In this document: positions 27,131 through 35,015 of the stretch, piece by piece
Numbering within the stretch: position 1 is the stretch's first letter
Layout of the letters: each line of letters starts with the position of its first letter
Source of the DNA: an uncultured bacterium
GTDB lineage: Bacteria > Caldisericota > Caldisericia > B22-G15
Assembly: GCA_965612865.1 (NCBI GenBank)
Contig: CBFDTJ010000009.1
Coordinates: 1-35,015, forward strand
DNA: 35,015 bases
Direction: 5' to 3'
Position numbers and translations under genes: made by a program
The notes under the pieces: generated by a model
Told to the model about the DNA's origin: nothing
The model's input: only the letters and a program-made list of their open reading frames with translations
The model's database searches: none

Positions 27131-28216
27131 TTACTTACCCATATCTCTCTTTGCTGCCTCAACAACTTCTTTTCCAATCTTATCTACCCATTCATCAAAT
27201 ACTGGTTTTGTTGCCTCTATAAATGCCTCTCTTTCCTCATCTGTTAGGAAGGTAACCTTCATGCCATTATCTTCCAAGTACTTTACAGGATCTGCAACTT
27301 CTGGAGTAACTCCAAACTTTTCCTTGAGAATATTTATGGACTTATCTCCATCAAGTCCAGCACGGCATAGAGCCTTTTCATACTCAGCTGCCTCCTCTGC
27401 AGCTTCTTTTATTGCCTTCTTTATATCATCTGGAAACTCATCCCATATCTTCTTGTTTACTCCAACAATAACTGGATCAACGAGGTAGTTCCAGAAGGTT
27501 GCATACTTATGGTATTGCCATATTTTGACAGGTATGAGAACTCCAACTGGATTCTCCTGACCATCAACAGTTCCTTGCTGGAAAGCAGTTACTGCATCTG
27601 CCCAGTTCATATTGGTTGGATCAGCACCTAACTGTCTGAAGATATCAAGGAATATTGGAGAACCGACAACTCTAATCTTCAACCCTTTCAAATCCTCTGG
27701 TCTCCTTATTTCTCTCTTGCTATTTGTTAGCTCTCTAAATCCATTCTCAGCCCATGCTAAGCCAACTACACCCTTCTCTTCCATCTTTTTAAAGATTATT
27801 TTCCCCGTCTCTCCATACTCCATCTTGTCAAGGTTTTCAAATGTGTTTATAAAGAATGGTAGGGAGAACACATTCATCTCCTTTATCACAGGAGACCAGT
27901 TAATTGTGGAACCCCATGCAAAGTCTATTGCTCCAGATGCCATAAGCTGAAACTCATTTGTTTGCTTACCTGCAAAGAGCTGTCCACCATAGTAAACTTT
28001 TATATTTACTTTTCCATCCGTTTTCTCTTTAACATCATCAGCAAATTTTTGCGCACCCAGACCCCACCAGAAGGTAGGACCAACTACTACACTTAGTTTA
28101 TATTCCTCTTTTGGTGTCCATGTGGGTTTCTCCTCTTTCGGTTTACAGGAATAAGTGGAGAAGCCCAAAACTACCAGAAGGGATACAATTAAGATAAGAC
28201 TTACGATTTTTTTCAT
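27131..28216 (-). CDS. dctP: TRAP transporter substrate-binding protein, probably a lipoprotein
   Basis: Signal peptide ending ...TYSC; ENGFRELT, DLKGLKIRV, GTVDGQENP. Confidence 0.95.
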   Translation of the reverse strand: MKKIVSLILIVSLLVVLGFSTYSCKPKEEKPTWTPKEEYKLSVVVGPTFWWGLGAQKFADDVKEKTDGKVNIKVYYGGQLFAGKQTNEFQLMASGAIDFAWGSTINWSPVIKEMNVFSLPFFINTFENLDKMEYGETGKIIFKKMEEKGVVGLAWAENGFRELTNSKREIRRPEDLKGLKIRVVGSPIFLDIFRQLGADPTNMNWADAVTAFQQGTVDGQENPVGVLIPVKIWQYHKYATFWNYLVDPVIVGVNKKIWDEFPDDIKKAIKEAAEEAAEYEKALCRAGLDGDKSINILKEKFGVTPEVADPVKYLEDNGMKVTFLTDEEREAFIEATKPVFDEWVDKIGKEVVEAAKRDMGK

Positions 28217-28284
28217 GATTTAACCTCCTCTCTAAAAGTTTTATTTTTTTAAAAATGTAATATTTTCTCACCTCCTTTTCCAAT

Positions 28285-29364
28285 TCAAATTTCAGGGTTT
28301 TCAATTAAGTTAGCTAATTCCTTTAAAAACTTTGCTGCATCAGCACCATCTATAACCCTATGATCATAAGATAGAGAGATATAACCCATATCTCTTATGA
28401 AGAGTGTATTGTTGTCAAAGATTTTAATTCCTTTTTTGATCCTGCCAATTCCTAAAATTGCAACTTCTGGTGGATTTATAACAGGAGTAAATATATCTGT
28501 TGCCATCATTCCAAGATTGGTTATTGTGAATGTAGAATCCCTTATTTCTTCTGGTTTTAAAACTCCGCTTCTCGCTTTAGATGCAATTTCTTTAAGCTCA
28601 TTGTTTATTTCTTGAAGCGATAAAGAATCAACATTTTTTATGACTGGAACAATAAGACCTCTCTCTGTATCAACAGCAACTCCAATATTTACATGGGTGT
28701 AAATCTTCAACTTGTCACCATCAAAGTGTGCATTGAATTTTTTAAATTTCTTCAAAGTGCTTGAAACAACAAATATCAATCCAGATGTGATGCTAACATT
28801 CGTTTCATTAACTTTTTTTATAAATTCAGTGAAATCAACCTCTAAGATGTTTGTTACTGTTACTGCTGTATGAAAAGATTTTGAAAGCCTCTCAGAGATG
28901 ACTTTTCTTAAGCCTGAGAGTTTCTCTATTGTTACTTCCCTCAAGGAGGTGGAGGCGGAGAGGAACGGCAAGAGATCCCTTTTAACTATTCTTCCTCCAG
29001 GACCACTTCCTTTAACCTTTGATAGATCAATATTCATCTCCTTAGCTATTCTCCTTGCAAGAGGAGATATTTTTATCCGTTCCTCTCTCCTCTTTGGAGG
29101 TACTGGTTCTTTCTTTTCCTCTTTTTCTCCTTCCTCTTCAATTAAGGCTATAACCTCTCCAACTTTATACTCTTTTCCTTCTTCTCCCATTATTTTTTTG
29201 ATAGTTCCACTAACTGGTGAAGCTACCTCATTTGTTATCTTTTCTGAGGAAACCTCAAGTAATGGTTCACCCTTCTTGACTTTTTCACCTTCACTTTTAA
29301 ACCACTTTTCTATAAAGCCCGTTTCCATTGTTAAACCAAATTTTGGCATTCTTACTTCATACAT
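28285..29364 (-). CDS. acoC: Dihydrolipoamide acyltransferase E2 (AcoC-like)
   Basis: Lipoyl domain (EVSSEKIT), E1/E3-binding domain (SPLARR..GSGPGGRI), catalytic DHRVIDG. Confidence 0.88.
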   Translation of the reverse strand: MYEVRMPKFGLTMETGFIEKWFKSEGEKVKKGEPLLEVSSEKITNEVASPVSGTIKKIMGEEGKEYKVGEVIALIEEEGEKEEKKEPVPPKRREERIKISPLARRIAKEMNIDLSKVKGSGPGGRIVKRDLLPFLSASTSLREVTIEKLSGLRKVISERLSKSFHTAVTVTNILEVDFTEFIKKVNETNVSITSGLIFVVSSTLKKFKKFNAHFDGDKLKIYTHVNIGVAVDTERGLIVPVIKNVDSLSLQEINNELKEIASKARSGVLKPEEIRDSTFTITNLGMMATDIFTPVINPPEVAILGIGRIKKGIKIFDNNTLFIRDMGYISLSYDHRVIDGADAAKFLKELANLIENPEI

Positions 29365-29367
29365 TGT

Positions 29368-30339
29368 TTACTCCAAAACTTTTTTGATAGCTTTAATTAC
29401 ATCTTTATAATCTGGTGTGACAAATTCCTCAAGTGGTGGACTGAATGGCATGGGAACATTCTTTTCACCAACCCTCAAGATGGGTGCATCCAGATAATCA
29501 AAAGCTTCCTCCTGAACTACACTGGCAATTTCTGCTCCCCACCCAGCTCTCTTCCAGGTTTCATGGGCAACCACAAGGTGATTTGTTTTCTTTACAGATT
29601 CAATAACTCTCTTTTTATCCCAAGGAACCAAAGTTCTTAAATCGATCATCTCAACACTTATTCCTTCCTTTTCCAATTCATTAGCTGCCCTTAATGATTC
29701 ATGCACCATTCTTGACATAGCAACAACTGTTACATCCTTTCCCTCTCTTTTAATATCAGCAACTCCAAATGGAATTAAATATTCTTCCTCTGGAACTGGA
29801 CCTTTTATTTTATAAAGTCTCTTGTGCTCAAAACATATAACGGGGTCATCACTTCTTAATGCAGTTTTCATTAAACCTTTCATATCATAGGGTGTGGAGG
29901 GGATTATAATTTTTATTCCTGGCACATGCATGAATATTGTCTCTATCGATTCTGAATGCTGAGCTGCTGCTGATTGAGCTACACCATCAGGACCTCTTAA
30001 AACAAGGTGAAGTTTTCCCTGCCCCCCTGTCATGTATCTTATCTTCTCAATCTGCAAAGTTATTGATTGTATTCCCGTAAAGAGGAAGTCTGCAAAGTGA
30101 AATTCAACTACAGGACGCATCCCTACGAGGGCAGCACCCAACGCTGAACCGTAAATTGCTTCTTCAGATATTGGCGTATCAAATATTCTGTCAGGAAACT
30201 TACCTAAAAGTGATTTATAGGCACCAAATATACCTCCCTGTTTTGCAATATCCTCTCCATAAGTGAATATGGTAGGATCCCTCTCCATTTCCTCAAGAAT
30301 TGCTTCACCCAATGCTTCTGAGAAAGTTATCTCTCTCAT
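29368..30339 (-). CDS. acoB: TPP-dependent acetoin/2-oxoacid dehydrogenase E1 beta subunit
   Basis: GEDI, DTPISE, AAQHS, EHKRLY, IDLRTL. Confidence 0.88.
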   Translation of the reverse strand: MREITFSEALGEAILEEMERDPTIFTYGEDIAKQGGIFGAYKSLLGKFPDRIFDTPISEEAIYGSALGAALVGMRPVVEFHFADFLFTGIQSITLQIEKIRYMTGGQGKLHLVLRGPDGVAQSAAAQHSESIETIFMHVPGIKIIIPSTPYDMKGLMKTALRSDDPVICFEHKRLYKIKGPVPEEEYLIPFGVADIKREGKDVTVVAMSRMVHESLRAANELEKEGISVEMIDLRTLVPWDKKRVIESVKKTNHLVVAHETWKRAGWGAEIASVVQEEAFDYLDAPILRVGEKNVPMPFSPPLEEFVTPDYKDVIKAIKKVLE

Positions 30340-30351
30340 TCCTTACCTCCA

Positions 30352-31332
30352 TTAATAATCATAGCCAGTATCATCAACAAATAGATCTGTTAGTGCATCC
30401 TCTGGTTTTGGCATAGGACTTTCTTCAGCAAACTTTACTGCTTCATCTATCTCTTTTTCAGATTCACTCCATATAGAGTCTCTTAGATTTTTATTTAGAA
30501 TCTTCATTTCAAAGAGTTTCTTTTCGAACCTTCCTATGGGTTCTTTGGATAAGAATTTTTCTATTTCTTCTTTCTTTCTATACAATTCAGGGTCTCCAAC
30601 AAAGTGTCCTTTCAGCCTATAGGTTTTTGCCTCAATCAGAGAAGGACCTCCACCTTCTCTTGCTCTTCTTATAGCCTCTTTAGCAGTTTCATACACAGCT
30701 ATAACGTTATTTCCATCAATAGTAACCCCCGGTATTCCATAACCTACTGCTCTATCAGAGATATTCTCAACAGATGTTGTTTCTTCTACTCTTGCCGTGG
30801 AGGCAAATCTGTTATTTTCATTAATAAATACAACAGGAAGCTTATAAATAGACGCGAAATTCAGACTTTCATGAAATGCACCCGTATTTGAAGCTCCTTC
30901 TCCAAAAAATGCAACAACGACTTGGTCACTTTTTTTGATTTTTATTCCCAGTCCTGCACCTACAGCTATTGGTAATCCACCACCGACAACTCCGTTGGCA
31001 CCCAAAACACCTATCTCAAAGCTTGCTATATGCATGGAACCACCTTTTCCCTTGCAGTAACCTGTAAGTTTACCATAAAGCTCAGCCATCATTCTTTTCA
31101 TATCTCCACCTTTGGCAATCATATGTCCGTGTCCCCTATGTGTGCTTGTGATATAGTCATCTTTTCTTAAATTTGCCATTACCCCTGTAGCGATAGCTTC
31201 TTCTCCAATGTATAAATGGATGAATCCCGGAAGTTTACCCTCTAAAAATAATTTCTCTGCCCTTAATTCAAAATTCCTTATTCGAACCATTGTTCTGTAC
31301 AAATTTAGTAGGAAGTCCTTTGAATATTCCAT
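30352..31332 (-). CDS. acoA: TPP-dependent acetoin/2-oxoacid dehydrogenase E1 alpha subunit
   Basis: LPGFIHLYIGEEA, STHRGHGH, GKGGSMH, GEGA...ENN, GHFVGD. Start reset to ATG 31332 behind aaggagg. Confidence 0.88.
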   Translation of the reverse strand: MEYSKDFLLNLYRTMVRIRNFELRAEKLFLEGKLPGFIHLYIGEEAIATGVMANLRKDDYITSTHRGHGHMIAKGGDMKRMMAELYGKLTGYCKGKGGSMHIASFEIGVLGANGVVGGGLPIAVGAGLGIKIKKSDQVVVAFFGEGASNTGAFHESLNFASIYKLPVVFINENNRFASTARVEETTSVENISDRAVGYGIPGVTIDGNNVIAVYETAKEAIRRAREGGGPSLIEAKTYRLKGHFVGDPELYRKKEEIEKFLSKEPIGRFEKKLFEMKILNKNLRDSIWSESEKEIDEAVKFAEESPMPKPEDALTDLFVDDTGYDY

Positions 31333-31364
31333 GAAAACCTCCTTGATCTTTTCTGTTCTAAAGT

Positions 31365-31381
31365 ATGCAAATTTTGTGCCA
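31365..31381 (-). promoter_or_regulatory. Sigma54 (-24/-12) promoter of the acoABC-like operon
   Basis: Minus strand TGGCAC-AAAAT-TTGCAT is an exact consensus match; adjacent to a sigma54 activator gene. Confidence 0.93.
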
Positions 31382-31458
31382 ATATAGATAAAAACTTGAT
31401 TATGAAAGTATTTGAAGCATAGGTGTACGAAAAAACTCTTGTCATTTTTACAAATATA

Positions 31459-31527
31459 TGTAAAATAATTTAACAAAGGTTAGGAGATACGATAAATACC
31501 GCCTTATTAGTGTAAAAAATATTTACA
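31459..31527. promoter_or_regulatory. Putative upstream activator sites for the AcoR-like protein
   Basis: TGTAAAATAATTTAACA (31459-75) and TGTAAAAAATATTTACA (31511-27): two TGT-N11-ACA dyads 52 bp apart. Confidence 0.6.
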
Positions 31528-33390
31528 TTAAATCTTTATATTCCATTTAGAGATAAGTCTATACACAGTAGGTCTTGAAACTCGTAATATCTTTGCTGTT
31601 TTAGAAATATTCCAGTTTGTTTCTCTTAATGCCTTTAAGAGCGTGGCTTTCTTTACCTCTTCTATTGATTGTACATCTGTTTTTGATGAAAGCACTTCTT
31701 CAGGTAGATATCTTTCGTCAAGTGTCTCCCCCTCACATATATTTAATGCTCTCTCGATTATATTCTCCAGCTCCCTTACATTACCAGGAAAGTCATATTT
31801 TAAAAGCGGTTTTAGAAATGAATCATCTATTTTTATTTTTCTCTTTTGAAGTTTCTGAGAGAGCTTTCCTACGAAATGTTTTACAAGGAGAGGTATATCT
31901 TCTTTTCTCTCTCTCAAGGGAGGTATCTTTATCTGAATAACGTTTAGTCTATGGTAGAGATCTTTTCTAAAGTTTCCTTTCTCCACCTCAGAAGTTAAAT
32001 CTCTATTGGAAGCAGCTATAACTCTTACATCTACATCTATTGATCTAACTCCTCCAATTCTTGTTACACTTCTATCCTGTAGTACTCGCAAGAGTTTAGA
32101 CTGGAGACCTACAGGCATCTCTCCTATTTCATCAAGGAAAACGGTTCCTCCATCTGCAAGCTCAAATTTTCCAGGTCTTCCATTTTTATCTGCTCCTGTG
32201 AAGCTTCCAGGTTCATATCCAAAGAATTCACTTTCTGCAAGTTCTCTTGGAATTGCGCCACAGTTTATAACAACAAATGGACCCCTTCTCCTCATTCCCT
32301 CATAATGAATTGCTTGTGCAAACATTTCTTTACCTGTCCCCGTTTCTCCAAGAATAAGTACATTGGAGTTAGATTTTGATGCAATTTTTGCTATTCTTAT
32401 GGCTTCTCTAAACATGCTACTCTTGCCCACAATGTCCGAAAATCTAAATTTTGCTTTTGCCCCTATATAAGATGTTACAAATTTCCTAACCCTGCTTATT
32501 TCTCTAAAGAAGTCAACTACACCTACAAATTTCCCATTTTCATTCCTTACGACGACTGCCGTTTTTATAAAATGTAGGGTCCCCATAGATGGACTATTTA
32601 TGATAAATTCTCTATCTACATAACCTTTATGAGTTTTATAAACCGACAAAATAACAGGAGTAAAATCAACTACATCGCCTACAAATTTACCTATAGCTTT
32701 ATTGGGATCTATACGTAAGATATCAGCAGCTCTTTCATTCATGTAGAGAATTTTCGCGTTCTCATCGAGACACAAAACTCCATCCTTTATTCCTTCACTT
32801 ATAATATCAAGATATTTTTTCGAAAGCTTTAAATTTTCTGTAGTTTCTCTCCACATAACCTCCTTTTCTACTGCTTCTGCAAGGGAAGAAACTACAGCTA
32901 ATGCGTAATCTGGGTAATTACTTACCTTTGATGAAAGAGAGATTACACCGTATATACTTCCTTTTAAATTGTGAACTGGAGCTGCAGCACATGCCCATTC
33001 TTTTAATTCATCTAAATAGTGTTCTTCTCCAACTACTTCTATAGCTGTGTCATGACTAATTGAGAGGTTTATAGCAGTTGTTCCAAAAAAATCTTTCTTT
33101 ACAATGACACCTTCTCTTAAAATTCTTTCACCACTATTATTTTCACCACTATTACGGGGTAGTACTTCAAGAACAACACTGTCAGAATCTACGAAAGAGA
33201 TGTATAAGTTTTTTTTATTTAATTTTGAGAGAAAGTTTTCCATTAAAGAGATAACGGAGGAGAGCCATATTCTATTTTTAGACCTTCTTTCACTCAATTC
33301 CTTTGGGGAGATTCTTGAAATTTTTAGCCTCTTTATACCTCTTGTCTTCATTTCCCTCCAGGAATCCATTATTTCTCTCTTTTTAATCAT
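31528..33390 (-). CDS. acoR: Sigma54-dependent transcriptional activator (GAF-PAS-AAA+-Fis HTH), AcoR-like
   Basis: GETGTGKE, GSFTGA, FLDEIGE, FRKDLYHRL, PGNVREL, C-terminal HTH; N-terminal EHY...WACAAAP GAF pattern. Confidence 0.88.
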   Translation of the reverse strand: MIKKREIMDSWREMKTRGIKRLKISRISPKELSERRSKNRIWLSSVISLMENFLSKLNKKNLYISFVDSDSVVLEVLPRNSGENNSGERILREGVIVKKDFFGTTAINLSISHDTAIEVVGEEHYLDELKEWACAAAPVHNLKGSIYGVISLSSKVSNYPDYALAVVSSLAEAVEKEVMWRETTENLKLSKKYLDIISEGIKDGVLCLDENAKILYMNERAADILRIDPNKAIGKFVGDVVDFTPVILSVYKTHKGYVDREFIINSPSMGTLHFIKTAVVVRNENGKFVGVVDFFREISRVRKFVTSYIGAKAKFRFSDIVGKSSMFREAIRIAKIASKSNSNVLILGETGTGKEMFAQAIHYEGMRRRGPFVVINCGAIPRELAESEFFGYEPGSFTGADKNGRPGKFELADGGTVFLDEIGEMPVGLQSKLLRVLQDRSVTRIGGVRSIDVDVRVIAASNRDLTSEVEKGNFRKDLYHRLNVIQIKIPPLRERKEDIPLLVKHFVGKLSQKLQKRKIKIDDSFLKPLLKYDFPGNVRELENIIERALNICEGETLDERYLPEEVLSSKTDVQSIEEVKKATLLKALRETNWNISKTAKILRVSRPTVYRLISKWNIKI

Positions 33391-33406
33391 GATTGCTCAA
33401 TCCCTC

Positions 33407-34114
33407 CTAATTTATTTCTTTAACATAACTAATTTTAAGATAGCGAATAAAATTTTCAAGTATTCTACTTTTCAGTTCATCCATTGATAAAAACTTTAAA
33501 TCAGTTAAATTTATGACCTTACTTCTTACGCTTTTAACAACATTTCTTATGTTTTTTGGATAGTCTTCTTTCCATTTTATGACATTCTTTAATACGCTAA
33601 TATCGGTGTTCACAAGCATAGATGCATGATAAAGGAATGCATTTCCTTTAATAGCCATTGCAGAACCCAGTATCTTTTTTTCTCCCACAAAGATGGAATT
33701 TCTTACTCCAATGCGAGCATTTATACCAAAGCTCTTTATGCTCTCCAGAATTATTTCTGTGATTCCTTTTCCCTCTTCATGAAAATATTTTGAGAATAGA
33801 TGAAAATTTTTACTTTTGCAAAAAGTTATATTTAGAGTTCCTTCATCGTGATAAACTGTTCCACCACCTGTAAATCTTCTTATAATTGGTATATTTTTAC
33901 TTTTAATATAGTCTATATTTACCTCATATTCCTCCTTTTGAAATTTGCCTATAACAACACACGAGTTGTTTCTCCAAAAACGTAGTACAAATGTATCATC
34001 ATTACACATCTTAAGAATCTCTCTTTCCTTTTCGAAATTTTTATAAACATTGAGGGAGTTTGAATTTATTAGAATTAGTTTATTTTTTCTTTGAGTGGGG
34101 ATGGAAGTTTTCAT
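33407..34114 (-). CDS. lplA: Lipoate-protein ligase A family, catalytic domain only
   Basis: W.N..CVVIGKFQ, RRFTGGGTVYHD, KKILGSA; 235 aa; start uncertain. Confidence 0.8.
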   Translation of the reverse strand: MKTSIPTQRKNKLILINSNSLNVYKNFEKEREILKMCNDDTFVLRFWRNNSCVVIGKFQKEEYEVNIDYIKSKNIPIIRRFTGGGTVYHDEGTLNITFCKSKNFHLFSKYFHEEGKGITEIILESIKSFGINARIGVRNSIFVGEKKILGSAMAIKGNAFLYHASMLVNTDISVLKNVIKWKEDYPKNIRNVVKSVRSKVINLTDLKFLSMDELKSRILENFIRYLKISYVKEIN

Positions 34115-34955
34115 ATATCCTTTTTAAATTCTCCTTGGTAAGATGAGTGTATATCTGTGTGGTAGAAAGTTTTGAGTGTCCGAGCAATTCCTGAACACTC
34201 CTTAAATCTGCTCCTCCTGTTAAAAGGTGAGTTGCAAAGGTGTGTCTTAAAGTATGGGGAGTTACATTCTTATCCGGAACAACTCTTTTAGAATACTTTT
34301 TTATTACAAGTCTTATACCTCTATCTGTTAATGGCTTACCATTCCTATTTAAGAATAGATACCCGTTTGTCTTTCTCCTTCTTTTTAAATACTCCTTCAG
34401 GAGAGTCGAGAGTTGTTCAGGTAAGAATACAATCCTTTCTTTTTTACCTTTACCAAAGACTTTTACCTCCCCTCTCTTCAAATCAAGATGAGAAACTTTT
34501 ATTGATATAAGCTCAGAAACCCTCACACCTGTAGAGTAAAGAAAGAGGATAATTAGTTTATCCCTTAATCCCAATAGAGTTTTAGAATCCGGAGCATTAA
34601 TTAGTTTCACTATTTCTTCCTCTGTAAGAAATACAGGCAGTTTCTTTTCTACTCTCGGGAGTTCCACCATGAGAAAAGGATTTTTCTTTATGTAACCTTC
34701 TTTCGTGAGAAATCTAAAGAAACTTCTTATTCCAGATATTTTTCTTGCAATACTTTTTCTTGTTAAGTTTCTTTCCCTTAATTCAAACAAAAATTTTCTT
34801 AAGTTATCTCTGTTTACTGTATCAAAGTTAAGATTATTTTTCTTTAAAAAATCAATAAAATCAAGTATATCTCTTCTGTAAGCTCTTATTGTGTGGTTGG
34901 AGGAGTTTTTAAAGTTTTTAAGGTAAAAGAGAAAATTTGCAAGTAGTTTCTTCAT
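34080..34955 (-). CDS. xerC: Tyrosine recombinase XerC/XerD
   Basis: TGVRVSEL, GKGKKER, HTLRHTFATHLL.GGADLRSVQELLGH..LSTTQIYTH. Confidence 0.88.
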   Translation of the reverse strand: MKKLLANFLFYLKNFKNSSNHTIRAYRRDILDFIDFLKKNNLNFDTVNRDNLRKFLFELRERNLTRKSIARKISGIRSFFRFLTKEGYIKKNPFLMVELPRVEKKLPVFLTEEEIVKLINAPDSKTLLGLRDKLIILFLYSTGVRVSELISIKVSHLDLKRGEVKVFGKGKKERIVFLPEQLSTLLKEYLKRRRKTNGYLFLNRNGKPLTDRGIRLVIKKYSKRVVPDKNVTPHTLRHTFATHLLTGGADLRSVQELLGHSKLSTTQIYTHLTKENLKRIYENFHPHSKKK

Positions 34956-35014
34956 TTCTTCTTCCTCTCTATTAACTTAAAGATAGCAAGTAGAGATCCC
35001 AATGTAAACATGGT
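34952..35014 (-). CDS. 3' end of an upstream gene, probably a membrane protein (partial)
   Basis: Open frame ...TMFTLGSLLAIFKLIERKKK*; its TGA overlaps the xerC ATG (ATGA). Confidence 0.5.
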   Translation of the reverse strand, partial: TMFTLGSLLAIFKLIERKKK

Positions 35015-35015
35015 T

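Noticed and set aside
31333..31476. N-terminal extension of E1 alpha in the ORF track (374 aa)
   Set aside because: It runs through the sigma54 promoter; a strong SD precedes ATG 31332.
1506..34491. Numerous 60-170 aa antisense or alternative-frame ORFs in the track
   Set aside because: They lie largely or wholly within well-supported genes and have Ser/Phe/Ile-rich shadow composition with no recognisable motifs.
34080..34955. Tyrosine recombinase as the integrase of a mobile island carrying the aco/TRAP module
   Set aside because: Size and motifs (ATHLL..GADLRSVQELLGH) are those of housekeeping XerC/D; no att repeats, tRNA or phage genes were seen.
1..35015. tRNA/rRNA genes, CRISPR array, T-box or selenocysteine readthrough
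   Set aside because: The largest intergenic gaps are under 200 bp and are explained by promoters or terminators; no repeat-spacer pattern or interrupted conserved ORF was seen.

Overview
AT-rich, densely coding window from an anaerobic, probably thermophilic bacterium (Thermotoga/Caldisericum-like gene content; taxon is a guess). Left to right: (1) a V/A-type ATP synthase operon I-K-E-C-F-A-B-D, probably Na+-coupled, ending at a bidirectional terminator. (2) A tightly packed 9-gene minus-strand run: cstA, 92-aa protein, ArsA/Get3-like ATPase, DUF59-like protein, 213-aa membrane-anchored protein, pfkA, Mo-hydroxylase large and small subunits, CodA-like amidohydrolase. (3) A ferritin-like gene, then tyrS-hisS-aspS-cca-M50 protease-hflX. 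(4) A minus-strand module: xerC, lplA, acoR-like activator, sigma54 promoter, E1a/E1b/E2 (no E3), TRAP transporter. No RNA genes, CRISPR array or IS elements were seen. The best candidate for an undescribed system is the cstA cassette: a Get3-like ATPase is translationally coupled to a protein that resembles, by eye, the eukaryotic PAT-complex subunit CCDC47. cstA is also bracketed by a 14-bp inverted repeat and has a leader hairpin that would sequester its SD.
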